A stretch of 64,000 nucleotides of DNA, taken from the NCBI RefSeq assembly GCF_009914755.1, contig NC_060926.1, one strand, 5' to 3'. The notes beneath the pieces are model-generated. The model was not told the origin of the DNA. It made no database searches and saw only the letters and a list, made by a program, of their open reading frames with translations. Positions 24,306-35,840 of this stretch are shown here, piece by piece; positions within the stretch are counted from its first letter, which is position 1; the number at the start of each line of letters is the position of its first letter. The DNA is from the human T2T-CHM13v2.0 reference genome, Homo sapiens. The position numbers were made by a program, and so were the translations under genes.

Positions 24306-26380
24306 CCAAGTAATGGCAAGATCGTCCAAGGGAACCTTACTGGGAAACAGTAAGGTTCTCTTTGTGAAACAGCTGATGTCGCAGACCTCTCCTCCACCTT
24401 AATCACAAGCCCAGGAGAAGCACAAACTGTGAAGCCATTTATTGTATCTGAATGAGTGCATGTATCATTGGAGTGAGGGTACCTGGTTTGCTGGAGTTAA
24501 TAAGTCCTTAAACTGCAATACTATGTGAGTTTCAGGTCTACCAACTTTTCCTGCCCAGTCTTACAATAATACCTTGCTAGGTGTTAGTGTGTAAAGATAA
24601 ATAAAATAGGGCTGCCGTCCTTGAATTGATCAGCACATTGAGAATGTGGCATTAGATTAATTCAGGGAATGCAGTAAAGATTTTGCACCCTATATGATTT
24701 TATGTTGTTGTCTGTTAAAGTGCTTCTTGTCCTATCAGTCTGTTTCTTGTCATTGTCAATTCTGTGTCATCCATCTATCATGGGCCTGGAAATTTTGGAA
24801 GTCCGTCATGAGTCTTAAAGTTGTGTGAATTTGTGAATGTTTGCCCTAGAGACAGTCTTTCTAGCTGGAAATGAGTAAGTGGCCAGTCCACCTTTCGAAA
24901 CACAACTCAGAATAAATAATTTAATTTAAAAAATCTCCTAGCATCTAAGTTAAATATGATATCTGGGTATTATAATTTGCCTAAATGCCCACTGCTAGGC
25001 AAGCTTCCCAATTATCACTAATTCCTAGTTATTCTTGTTTGCATGTGATTCTAATAATCCCTATTTAGCAGTTTTCTGAGTAAATAAGAAACATTAAATT
25101 AAAGTGGACACATAGAGAGCAATAAAAAACTGCAGATAAAAGCTTGACAGAGAATGATTAGAATGAGGATTTATGCTTTGCATAATATTCTCTGGGAATT
25201 TGATAGACGAGAACCACATTTTTATTACAAAGTCTTGTTTACTTACCTATGTGCGTATTCAATAAAATCTTGTTACAGTTCAGCAGATAGACTCTGAAAA
25301 GTACATTCTGGCTGACCATTCAAAAGACAAATAATATCTACACATGCAGCTTTTGAGATAGTGTAAGTGATAAACATTGGAAAGATTGTAAGGTTATAAG
25401 GCAGTGTCAGCCATTGCTGTCTATATCCCTAGCATCACTTTGGGTTAATAAATCCTGTTTCTGATCATCAGTTTGTCTGGTAGCAGAATCTACCTGGATT
25501 GAGGCTGACGAGCTGTTGGGGAAAGCATCAAAGTGATTTGCACATCTTCAGGTAGTGCAGACTTCATCAGTCAGGGTATAAGAATCCAAACCAGATTAGT
25601 GCACCAAAGAGCGGTACTCATTGTGCCTGTTCTACCTTTAATTGGTTAGTTCCCACATAGATGCAGATGTTCTTCAGGGACAGATGTCATGAAGGCTCCC
25701 ATGTGGTTTAATTCTTGGCTTCCAGAGGTGTATTTTCTCTTTGCTCTTTCAAAATAGCTGATTGACTTGTATCCCTGAAAATCATCCCTCAGTTGGCTGT
25801 TTATTTTGTTTATTCATTCACATCTACTTTACCTATTTTTTGAAACAGATTTGAGGCAGCCAAGGTATAGTTTTGAGGAAAAGGTAGCAAAACAGTTTCT
25901 AATGTGAACCACCTCTGAGTGTTATGCTGTTTTAGGCCAAGTTTATTCATCTTTAGGACATAAAGCAAAACTTGTCTTATTAATCGCCTGCCAAGATGAA
26001 GAGGCAGTGTGAAATACACTATATTAGGTTGTTTTCAGTTTGACTACAGATTTGAATGAATGACTTTATTGTGTTTGTACCCTCAGGCTTTTTGGAGTTA
26101 GGGGCATATTGAAAAAATATTAAGAAAAAGTAATCTTGTGAATCTGATTACCCGCCCATGAGTGGCAGAAGCAGACTGTCACAAAGGTCACCTTTGTGAA
26201 GAGAAGTGGAATCACACCCAACTTGGGCACAGCCAGCCCCTGATCCTGAGGCTAAGTAATCTGCAATACCAGGACACTCCTTTGGCTTACTCTTTCAGAG
26301 AAACTTGTTATATAAGGGCTTTTTGCTTCCGAGTATCTTTGAGAGATCCAAAGATTAGTATTCTCTATCATAGAGACCCT

Positions 26381-27470
26381 TTCTCTGTCTTCCCTTCCTG
26401 CCTTCCTTCCTTCCTTCCCTCCCTTCCTCCTTCCTTTTTTTCCCTCTGTCCTTCCTTCCTTCTGCCCTCCCTCCCTTCCTCCCTCCCTCCCTTCCTCCCT
26501 CTCTTCCTCCCTCCCTCCCTTCCTCCCTCTGTTTCTCCCTTCCTATCTTACCCTTCCTCCCTCCTCCCTTCCTCCCTTGTCAATTCCTCCATCCTCCCTT
26601 CCTCCCTTCCTCCCTCCCTTCCTCCTTCCTTTCTCTCTCCCTTTTTTCCTCCTTTCTTCCCTCCTTCCTTTTCCTCTTCCTCCTTTCCTCCCTTCCCACC
26701 CTCCTTCCTTCCCCCTTCTTCCTTCCTTCCCTCCTTCTCCCCTTCCCGCTTCCTTCCGTCCTCCCTTCCTCCATACCTCCCTTCCCCTTCCTTCCTCCCT
26801 TCTTTCCTTCCCTCCTTCCAACCTCCCTCCCTCTCTTCCTCCCTCCCTCCCTCCCTTCCTCCCTTCTTCCCTTCATTACTGCCTTCCTTCCTCCCTTGCT
26901 ATCTTCCCCCTCCTCCCTCTTCACCTTCCTTTTTTCTCCCTTCCTCCCTCCTTCCTCCCTCCCTTCTTCCCTTCCTTCCTCACTTTCCCACTTTATCCCT
27001 TCATCCCTTCCCCCACTTTCTTCCTTCCCCCCTTCCTTCCTCCCTCCTCCCTCATCCCTTCCTCCATTCTCCCTTCCTCCATTTCTTACTTCCTCCCTTC
27101 CTCCCTCATCCCTTCCTCCCTTGTCCCTTCCTCCCTCCCTCCCTTTCCCCCTTCCTTTCCTCCTCCCTTCCTTTCTCTCTCCCTTCCTCCCTCCTTCCTT
27201 TCCCCTTTCCACTTTTCCTCCTTTCCCCCTTGCTCCCTTCCTCCCTTTCTTCCTTCCTTTCTTCCTCCCTCCCTTCCTCCTCCCTTCCTTCCCCCTTCCT
27301 TTCTTCCCCTTCTTCCTTCCCCCTTCCTTTCTTCCCCCTTCCTCCATTCCCCCCTTTCCTCCCTTCCCCCTTCCTTCCTTTCTCACTCCTCCCTTCCTCC
27401 CTTTCCTCCTTCCCTTGTTTCCCCTTCCCCTTCCTTCCTTCCCTCCCTCCCTCCCTCCTTCCTTCCTTCC
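26381..27470. repeat. About 1.09-kb degenerate (CCTT/CCCT)n polypyrimidine tract
   Basis: Almost exclusively C/T on the + strand with only scattered purines. Confidence 0.98.
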
Positions 27471-27687
27471 AGAATAAGTGTTATACTAAGCTCACCCATG
27501 TAGCATTCCTACTCTAATTATGATAACCAGCTCTTACACTTTAAATTTTCTGGAATGACAGAAAATACATTTGTATACAAATAAGAAATATTATGTAATA
27601 TAACAACAGAAGACTTTTTTCCTGAGAGATTGTGCACAAAAATCAACTTTGTAAACACTTACGTAAAAAAAGTCAATATAAATATTT

Positions 27688-27975
27688 ACAGCAGAGTTTG
27701 AAAGATGACAAACTCAAGGGCAGATCTGAGCTGAAGATATTTTTTATTTGAGCATTATGGGTTTCTGAATTTGAACCAAAACTTGGAAATTTAGAGACTC
27801 AATATGCAAATCACATATTTTAGCTTCTCATGTAAATATTAGTGATGGCAGTGCTAGGGCCACATTTTGGCATGGCTACAAATTCTCTCTCCTCCCCAGA
27901 CTTGACTACAGTGTATGTCTGACACTCATGCCACATAGGCATAACACCTTAGTCATGGTCACTTCACTAATTTAG
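27688..27975. mobile_element. MER102-like hAT-Charlie element, one end truncated
   Basis: 'tattttagcttctcatgtaaa...tggcagtgctagggccacattttggcatggc...cacttcactaattta'. Confidence 0.6.
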
Positions 27976-28147
27976 CTTGTGTGAAATAAAATGTCCATGA
28001 TGACAATAGCAATGGATTCTGATATATCGTATTTTGTGTGCCAGGTACTTGTCTAAGCTCTTTACATATGTAATACTTATAATCCTCACTGTGTTGCTAC
28101 CCTTATTATAATTTTCTTTTTCCTGAAGGGGAAACTGAAGCAAAGAG
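27976..28147 (+). repeat. Derived copy of 23007-23178
   Basis: About 93% identity to 23007-23178; the MIR is cut off abruptly in this copy. Confidence 0.95.
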
Positions 28148-28329
28148 AGAACATAGGAAAAAAAATTCCTTTCCTAGTACTTGGTACAGTTGACCAACTT
28201 AATGTCATTATTAATTAAGCAGGGCTGTTGAATTGTGTAAGACAAAAACTAATCACATAATCAGAGGTCTTATCGGGTTTCCTTAGTGGTGCTCAGAGTA
28301 TAATTTATAAATTAAACCCTAGAATTTAT
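28146..28329 (+). repeat. About 184-bp direct repeat, copy 1 (partner 28534-28719)
   Basis: 'catagg(A)nttcctttcctagtacttggtacagttgaccaactt...ataatttataaattaaacc'; about 10 substitutions plus an A-run indel. Confidence 0.95.
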
Positions 28330-28533
28330 CTTAGAAATCTTAGCCAATCAGCCTTTGTGATTCCCATATAAACTGTTTTTTGGGCGCTAAATGACAGAAT
28401 ATGTATACCCAAAAGCCTTTCAATTGCCGATGTTTTTTCCTAAGGCACTCATAACATGTGTCCCTAAGCAACACAATATCCATAAGGAGGAAGGTCTATT
28501 ACCATTATAAATCAGTCTCCTGTATTAGGCACA

Positions 28534-28719
28534 AGAGACCATAGGCAAAAAAAAATTCCTTTCCTAATACTTGGTACAGTTGACCAACTTAATGTAATTA
28601 TTAATTAAGCTGGGCTGTTGAATTGTGTAAGACCAAAACTAATCACATAATCAGAGGTCTTATTGGGTTTTCTTAGTGGTGCTTAGAGTATAATTTATAA
28701 ATTAAACCATAGATTTTAT
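28534..28719 (+). repeat. About 184-bp direct repeat, copy 2
   Basis: Aligns to 28146-28329 at an offset of about 390. Confidence 0.95.
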
Positions 28720-28976
28720 TTTTCTGGTGGTTTATCCCTCATATCTAGTAGAAGTGGTACTTTGTAAGCTTGCCGACACTAAACATTTTAGTAAATCATC
28801 AGTTTGAAACCCTTAAAGAGTATCTAGAGCTTTAAACTGACATCTCCAAGTACTTTAGTACTAGGTTGTACACACATTGCCCACTGAATCCAGTGCTTAG
28901 GAACCTAATGTCTTTAGATAGTTGGTGCAGAGGATGAATTCCTGGTCATGAAAGACATATTACATATCCTCTATGT

Positions 28977-29200
28977 CAAGCTTGTCCAACCCGCAGCCTG
29001 CGGGCTGCATGCAGCCCAGGATGGCTTTAAATGCAACCCAACACAAATTCATAAACTTTCTTAAAACATGATGATTCTTGCAATTTTTTTTTTTTTTTTT
29101 TTTAGTTCATCAGTTACCATTAGTGGTAGTGTATTTTATGTGCGCCTCAAGACAATTCTTCCAATGTGACCCAGGGAAGCCAGAAGATAGGATACCCCTG
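28977..29200. mobile_element. MER30 hAT-Charlie MITE
   Basis: 'caagcttgtccaacccgcagcctgcgggctgcatgcagcccaggatggc...gatacccctg'; 8-bp TSD ctctatgt/ttctatgt. Confidence 0.92.
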
Positions 29201-29931
29201 TTCTATGTAAATATATCTCTGGTACTTTTAAATTAAAAATTTTGCTTTTGTTTTCTTCAAATCCTGAGTGGTCATGATATGCCTTGCCCATAGTTTCTTC
29301 CAATGACCTTCCCTGCAATTTGTCCTCATTAATTTCAGGCTGCACTGATACTTATGGCCCTTTTAGTATGCCCATTTTCCAGTGATCTCTACATTCTTTT
29401 GTTATTTCATTGTTTTTTATTTTATTTTTTACTCATATCTTGAATATACTGTGTAATAAATTTGTAACTACCATTCAAAGCAAAATAGCAAATATTTCCT
29501 TCAGAACAGAAATTTTCTTTCCCTGCTACCCACCCACCCAAACCCTTCCACAACCACTTTTACTCAAGCTCATTGAGGGTTAATTGATCTACCTTAGCCC
29601 ACATACAATACACATGTGCAATTTGATAAGTTTATATATATATTTACATATACTCATGATACTGTAATCACAGTCAAGATGAGATTGTAGTAGAGTACTT
29701 ATCAGCTGAGAGCATGTGTGGTATTGTAATACCTATTGATCAGGAAAGTATAATATAAATATTAAAATATAATAAGATGGTACCTAAAAATTTATAACTT
29801 ATATTGCCCTGAGAGCTCTCAATTACTGAAGGTTCAAAATAGTCCACATGCACGTTTGTGCACACACATAGTATATATGCATACACACACATACATATAT
29901 ACACACATACATGTATGTATAAAAATACAGT

Positions 29932-29938
<7 letters not shown>

Positions 29939-29978
<40 letters not shown>
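29939..29978. repeat. (AT)20 microsatellite
   Basis: Perfect AT run. Confidence 0.97.
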
Positions 29979-29980
<2 letters not shown>

Positions 29981-31354
29981 AAAAGCTTTCAAAGACAAAT
30001 AACAAGGTAAAAGTGCCTAAAGCAGCTTTAAAAGGGTATTCTCATATTGATTATGAGACATAGATAATATACTCAAGAGGTATGTTTCACTAAGAAATGC
30101 CTTGCTGTATCTAAAGGTTGAAACTTTCCTAACTCTATTACAATGAGCATATCATGTCTTCTCAAAAACACACACGCTGTTTAGGTGGACCATGGGAGTG
30201 CATGGATAATGAACAAGAAAATACTTTTAATATGAAAGGCCAAGAAGATGTTAGCAATTTCTTGGGTTCAAAAGAGGAAATAAATACCAACTAAAATGAA
30301 AAGAAAAACCTGCAGGGAAAAAAGCACTGGAGGACCCAGCTTCATTTTTAAATTTAATGTTCATAATTTATCCACTATGACCTAAAAAAAGCAGTGTCTG
30401 CAATTTCTCATTTCTGGAGCCTGTTTTGCTCCACTATCTTACAAAAGAAACTAAATTTCCTTGTAGTCAAGCTGAATCCCAGAACCTACTTAAATAAGAT
30501 AAGCAGTTGCTTTAACCATTTCTTAAGTATATTCATCAGAATTGTTGAAATATCTCTTGCTACTATTAACGATTCCCAGAAAATATTTTGTTTTCTTTAA
30601 AAAATGAGTATGAAAAGTGTTATTTAAATCTCTCCCTATACATTGTTTTAGCTTCTGAAGCTATTTTAGCACCTCCTTATCTGTTTGTCAAAAATCTAAA
30701 ATGATTTTTTGCCTTGACTGTCAATTGGAAAAAAAGGCACTCTAAATGCCTCCATTGTGAACAGTTTACAATGATTTCTTTGAAGTAGCTATTCTGAGGC
30801 ATATACTTATTCATTAGTATATAACAGGTTAGCACTTTGAGATAAAAGACATTTTACAATATGCAAATATTCAGGTTTGTGTAGGATTTCTCTCTCTCTC
30901 TCTCTGAAAAGGAGTAGGTGAAGCCAAACTTGACAGATAAACATATGTGTGGTCTGAAACCTTAAACTTGACCATAAAAACACCATGGCCCATAATAATA
31001 TAATTTATGCAAGTTCAGTAGAAATAAATTCATTTCTTATAGGTTAAAAAGGAGTATAATGCTAATTATCATGTTAGCAATTACATGTACAAATATTTTT
31101 TTTTACAATTGGATGTATCTCAGAAAACATGAATACATTGACATTTTAAAGTGAAACATCTTTTTATACATATTTAAGATTATTTAACTAAAAGAACTCT
31201 TTTATACTTTTATGGAAGAAAATACACCTAAATTTTCTGCTTTATAAATCAGTTACAAAATTTTTCCTTAAAATTGCTGTTTTATTTATTTGTATACTAT
31301 AGATTATAATTATGTGATTCCTTTTCAAAGGTTGTTTTAAAATTAAATTTTTAG

Positions 31355-31685
31355 ATTGTATTTTAATTAACAAATAATAATTGTGTATACTTAAGGGGCT
31401 ATAGTGTGATGTTTTGATCTACGTATACATTGTAGAAAGATTCAATTAAGCTAATTAATATGTCCATTACCTTATCAACATGCTTTGTGATTAGGAATAT
31501 TGTAAATGTATTCCTCTAGCATTTTGGAAATACACAATGCATTATTATTAACTGTGGTTACCATGCTGTGCAGTAAGTTCACTAAAACTTATTCTTTCAG
31601 TCTAACTGAAACTTTGCACCCTTTGGTTACTATCTTCCCTTTCCCCATCTGTCACTTTCATCTCCTGCCTCTGGCAAACATCCCC
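31355..31685 (-). mobile_element. L1MA-type 3' end
   Basis: 'gaaatacacaatgcattattattaactgtggttaccatgctgtgca...gtctaactgaaactttgcaccctttg'. Confidence 0.85.
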
Positions 31686-31721
31686 TGACCGCCACAAAAA
31701 TTACAAACCTTTAAATACATC

Positions 31722-32036
31722 TATTTGTATTTATGTATGTATGTATTTATTTGAGACAGAGTCCTGCTTGGTTGCCCAGACTGGAGTGCAGTGGCACCAT
31801 CACAGCTCACTGCAGCCTCAACCTCCATGGGCTCAGGCCATCTTCCCACCTCAGCCTCCCAAAGTGCTGCGATTACAGATACAAACCACCACACCCAGCT
31901 AATTTTTAAAATTATTTGTAGAGACGGGGTTTCCCTGTGTTGCCTAGGCTGGTCTCAAATTCCTGGGCTCAAGCAATCCTCCCACCTTGGCCTCCCAAAG
32001 GGCTGGGATTGCAGGTGTGAGCCACTGCACTTGGCC
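31722..32036 (-). mobile_element. AluJ SINE
   Basis: 'atcacagctcactgcagcctcaacctcc' and 'tcctgggctcaagcaatcctccc' J diagnostics. Confidence 0.93.
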
Positions 32037-32437
32037 TAAATGAAGTTTTAAATAAAATTGGCAAAGGCTCCATATGGATTACAGATTCTCTATGGATGAA
32101 CATAGAATTTTATGATTTGACTACTGAATTTTTTATTTAGACAGACTATGAAGCGTTCGATTGCTCCTTTGTTCATCATAGTAACTCCAGAATATCATTT
32201 TCCCTTCTGTTCTTCTCCTTCAATTTAGCACCTTTCCTAAAACAGAGATTAGTAGGTATTAAAATATCCAAGCAAGTTAAAATAGCATGTAATTATGTCT
32301 TTCCTTTGAAGAATTCTCAAAAGAAAGAGCTGTGAAGAGAAGCACGAACACCAACATTGGTTTAAACAGAAAACGTACTCCACAAGATTTGTGGACTTGA
32401 GGAGATCACCAGGGATTTTTCTTCCTTGAAAGAAGGT

Positions 32438-32797
32438 AGCCTTCCAGGCCTCATCTTTCTCCCATGCTTCATCTTTCTCCCACGCTGGATGCTTCCTGCC
32501 CTGGAACATTAGTCTCCAAGTTCTTTGGCTTTTGGACTCTTAGACTTAAACTAGTGTATTGCCAGGGGCTCTCAGGCCTTCGGCCACAGACTGAAAGCTG
32601 CACTGTTAGCTTTCCTACTTCTGAGGTTTTAGGACTTGGACTGATTTACTACTGGATTCCTTGCTCCTTAGCTTGCAGATGGCCTCTCATGGGACTTTAC
32701 CTTGTGATCGTGTGAGTCAATTCTCCTTAATAAACTCCCTTTCATATACACATACATCCTATTAGTTCTGTCCCTCTAGAGAACCCTGACTAATACA
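32438..32797 (+). mobile_element. MLT2A LTR 3' half (inverted relative to its 5' half)
   Basis: 'ctggatgcttcctgccctggaacat...ctctagagaaccctgactaataca'. Confidence 0.9.
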
Positions 32798-32839
32798 GCC
32801 TCAGTTCTCATTCATAGATGGCACTGTTTAGCTGAGTCT
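32798..32839 (-). mobile_element. MLT1A LTR middle fragment
   Basis: Reverse complement 'agactcagctaaacagtgccatctatgaatgagaactgaggc'. Confidence 0.6.
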
Positions 32840-33039
32840 ACTCTTTCCACCTTCTTCTGCCGGCTTTATTTTAGCCATGATGACAGCTGATTAGATGGTG
32901 CCCACCCAGCTTGAGGGTGGGTCTGCTCGTCCCAGTCCACTGACTCAAATGTTAATCTCCTTTGGCAACACTCTCACAGACACACCCAGGAACTATACAT
33001 TGCATCCTTCAATCCAATCCAATCAAGTTGACACTCACA
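32836..33039 (-). mobile_element. MLT2A LTR 5' half
   Basis: 'cagctgattagatggtgcccacccag...cagtccactgactcaaatgttaatctcctttggcaacac...aatcaagttgacactca'. Confidence 0.9.
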
Positions 33040-33190
33040 AGGGCCCTCAGCAGACACTGAATCTGCTGGCACCTTGATCTTGGATTTCTCAGCCTGTAGA
33101 ACTTTCAGAAATAAATTTCTGACATTTATAAGCTATCTAAGCTATAGTATTTTGTATATATTTTTATAGCAGCACAAACAGACTAAGACA
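33040..33190 (+). mobile_element. MLT1A LTR 3' part
   Basis: 'gggccctcagcagacactgaatctgctggcaccttgatcttgga...aaacagactaagaca'. Confidence 0.88.
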
Positions 33191-33194
33191 ACAT

Positions 33195-33505
33195 GACAGC
33201 CAATTCCTTATTTTATATACATTTATATACACACACATACATATACATATATATACACACACACATACATACATACATATATGAGCATATATATGTATAT
33301 AAATCATCCACAATGTGAGTTGACAAGCTGGTGGTCTAGGAGACCCAGGAGAGCCAATGGTGTAGTTTCCACCTGAAGAAGAGCAGATATTTCAATTCAA
33401 GTCTAAGGATAGGAAAACACTTATTGAATCAACAGAGTATATGTGTGCATGTGTATATGTATGTATACATTATTGATTCTATTTATCTGGAGAACCTGGA
33501 CTCAA
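33195..33505. mobile_element. MLT2-type LTR fragments in mixed orientation with (CA/TA)-rich repeats
   Basis: + strand 'agccaattcctta' and 'tattgattctatttatctggagaacctggact'; - strand 'ggagacccaggagagccaatggtgtagtt'. Confidence 0.55.
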
Positions 33506-33509
33506 AAAA

Positions 33510-34030
33510 ATGTAAACAGAAGCTTAGGAAAGAAAAAATAAAACTGTCCTCATTCACAGGTTGTATGAATGTCTATGTAGGAAATCGTAAAGAATAAAAA
33601 GCAAAACCAAAAATCTTGATCTAAATGATCGTAGCCAGCTTGCAGGACACAAGGTTAATATTTAAAAGGCAATTATTTTCTTAGATACCAGGAATGAACA
33701 ACTGAAATTCCAAGTATTTATTTCTGGTATCTAAGAAAATAATTGACAATTGGGATTTCAATTTTTTATTCTTGGTATATGAGAAAATAATTGTCATTAT
33801 ATTAGCACCAAGTAAGTAATACTTAGGTATTAGTCTAAAATAATCTAAAATATTTATGAAGAAAACTATAAAACTCTGATGAATGAAATCAAAGAAGATT
33901 TAATTAAGTGAAGAGATGTTCCATGAACATGGACAGTAAGACTCCAATGTTGTCAAGACATCAGTTCTTCACAACTTGATCCATGTATTTAATAAAATTT
34001 CAATCAAAATCTTAGTTAATTATTTTGTCT
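33510..34030 (+). mobile_element. L1M ORF2 fragment
   Basis: 'aggaaagaaaaaataaaactgtc...gaagaaaactataaaactctgatgaatgaaatcaaagaagatttaattaagtgaagagatgttccatg'. Confidence 0.85.
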
Positions 34031-34044
34031 TTGATTAAATATTT

Positions 34045-35840
34045 ATGAATAAATTTATCAGAGTCTATTAAATATCTCACTTGGATTTTTATTAAGATTG
34101 CATTGAATCTATAGATCAAGTTAGGAAACACTGACATCCTAACAATATTGAGTCTTTTAATCCATGAACATCTAATATATTTTTACTTTTTCAGATAATC
34201 TTTTTTCATATGTATTATAGTTTTCTGCAAATAGATCTTGTGAATATTTTGTTAGATTTATGCCTAATAACTTAATGTCTTATTTTGTTTTTCTTTGTTT
34301 TGGTACTCTTGTAAATGGTAGTTTTATTTAATTGCAAATTCTAATAGTTCGATGCACATATATAGGAAAGCTATTGACTTGCATATGTGAACCTTTTATT
34401 CCATGATCTTGCTATACTTGCTTATTAATTTCGGGGTTGTTGTTTTTTCTTTTTTCTTTTAATTTTTTGGTATATAATATCACCAGCAAATACATTTGGT
34501 ATTATAGCTTCCTTGCCAATGTGTATATGTGTATATTTTTCTTTTTCTTTTCTTATTTTATTTTCAGAGACTTCCAGTGCCATCCTGAATAGGAGTGGTG
34601 AGAAGAGACATCATTACCTTATTCTAGGTCTCAGGGGAAAAAATCTTAATGGGAAAGTTTCCCACCATTAAATATGATATTAGCTACAGTTTTTTTTGTA
34701 GATGAGGTGTTTTTTTGTCAAGTTGAGGAAGTTTCTCACCATTCTTAGTTTGCTGAGTGGTTTTTCTTAATCATGAATGGATATTGAATTTTTTTAGCTT
34801 TTTCAGTGTCAATTGATACGATCATATGCTTTTTCTTTAGCTTGCTGATGTGATTTGTTACATTGACTAGACTTTTTTGTTTGCTTGTTTGTTTGTTTTT
34901 TGAGACGGGTCTTGCTCTTTCATCCAGGCTGGAATGCAGTGGCACAATCTCCTTTCACTGTGACCTCTGCCTCCCAGGTTCAAGCAATTATGCTGTCTCA
35001 GCCTCCTGAGTAGGTGGGATAACAGGCACGTGCCACCGCATCCGGCTAATATTTGTATTTTCAGTAGAGAGGGGGTTTTGCCATGTTGGCCATGCTAGTC
35101 TTGAACTCCTGGCTTCATGTGATCTGCCTGTCTTGGCTTTCCCAAAATGTTGGGATTACAGGTGTGAGCCACCACACCTGGCCACATTGACTAAATTCTA
35201 AATGCTCAATCAGTGTGTGTATTGGAAATAAATCCCACTCATTTGTGGTATGTAATTCTTTGTACACATTGATGGATGCTGTTTGCTAATATTTTGTTGA
35301 GAATTTTTGCATCTTTACCCACGAGTGATATTATTCTTTAAAGTTTTCCTTTCTACTCATGTGTTCATCTGGTTTTGTTGGGAAAATGCTGGCCTCATAG
35401 AATGAGTTAGGAGGTGTTCCCTCTGCTTTTATCTTCTGGTAGAGTCTGTGGAGAGTTAGTGTTATTTCTTTTATAGGTGTGTGGTAGAATGCACCATTGA
35501 ATCCATCTGGGCCTGGTTCTTTCTTTTTTGGAAAAATTATTAATTATTGATTGAATTTCTTTAACATACATAGCACTAGTCAGGTCACTCTTTTCTCCTT
35601 GTATGCATTTTGGAAGTTTGTATTTTTCAGGTTATTGTCCATTTTATCTAAGTTATTAAAATATGTAGTCATAGTTTTGTTTGAAGCTTTCCCTTATTAT
35701 CCTTCTAACATCTGTGGGATCAGTAGTGATGATGCTATTTTCATTTCTGATACTGTTAATTTGAACACTCTTACCACTTTTCTTGTTTAGCCTGGCTAGA
35801 AGTTGATTGATATATTAATCTTTAAGAGAACCAGCTTTTT
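34045..35840 (-). mobile_element. L1M ORF2 fragment, interrupted by an Alu
   Basis: 'attgcattgaatctatagatcaagtt', 'tgaataggagtggtgagaagagacatc', 'ctggcctcatagaatgagttaggaggtgttccctc'. Confidence 0.9.
34873..35183 (-). mobile_element. AluS (Sz-like) SINE
   Basis: (TTTG)n tail; full dimer; TSD acattgacta. Confidence 0.93.

Noticed and set aside
26162-27517. Long ORFs (451, 308, 268 and 193 aa) rich in P/S/F/L or G/R/E/K
   Set aside because: These are artefacts of the stop-free CT tract; they are open in several frames and both strands, with no domain content.
28146-28719. Spaced direct repeats as a CRISPR-like or LTR-pair structure
   Set aside because: There are only two long copies in a eukaryotic context, with no TG...CA termini, PBS, PPT or TSD.
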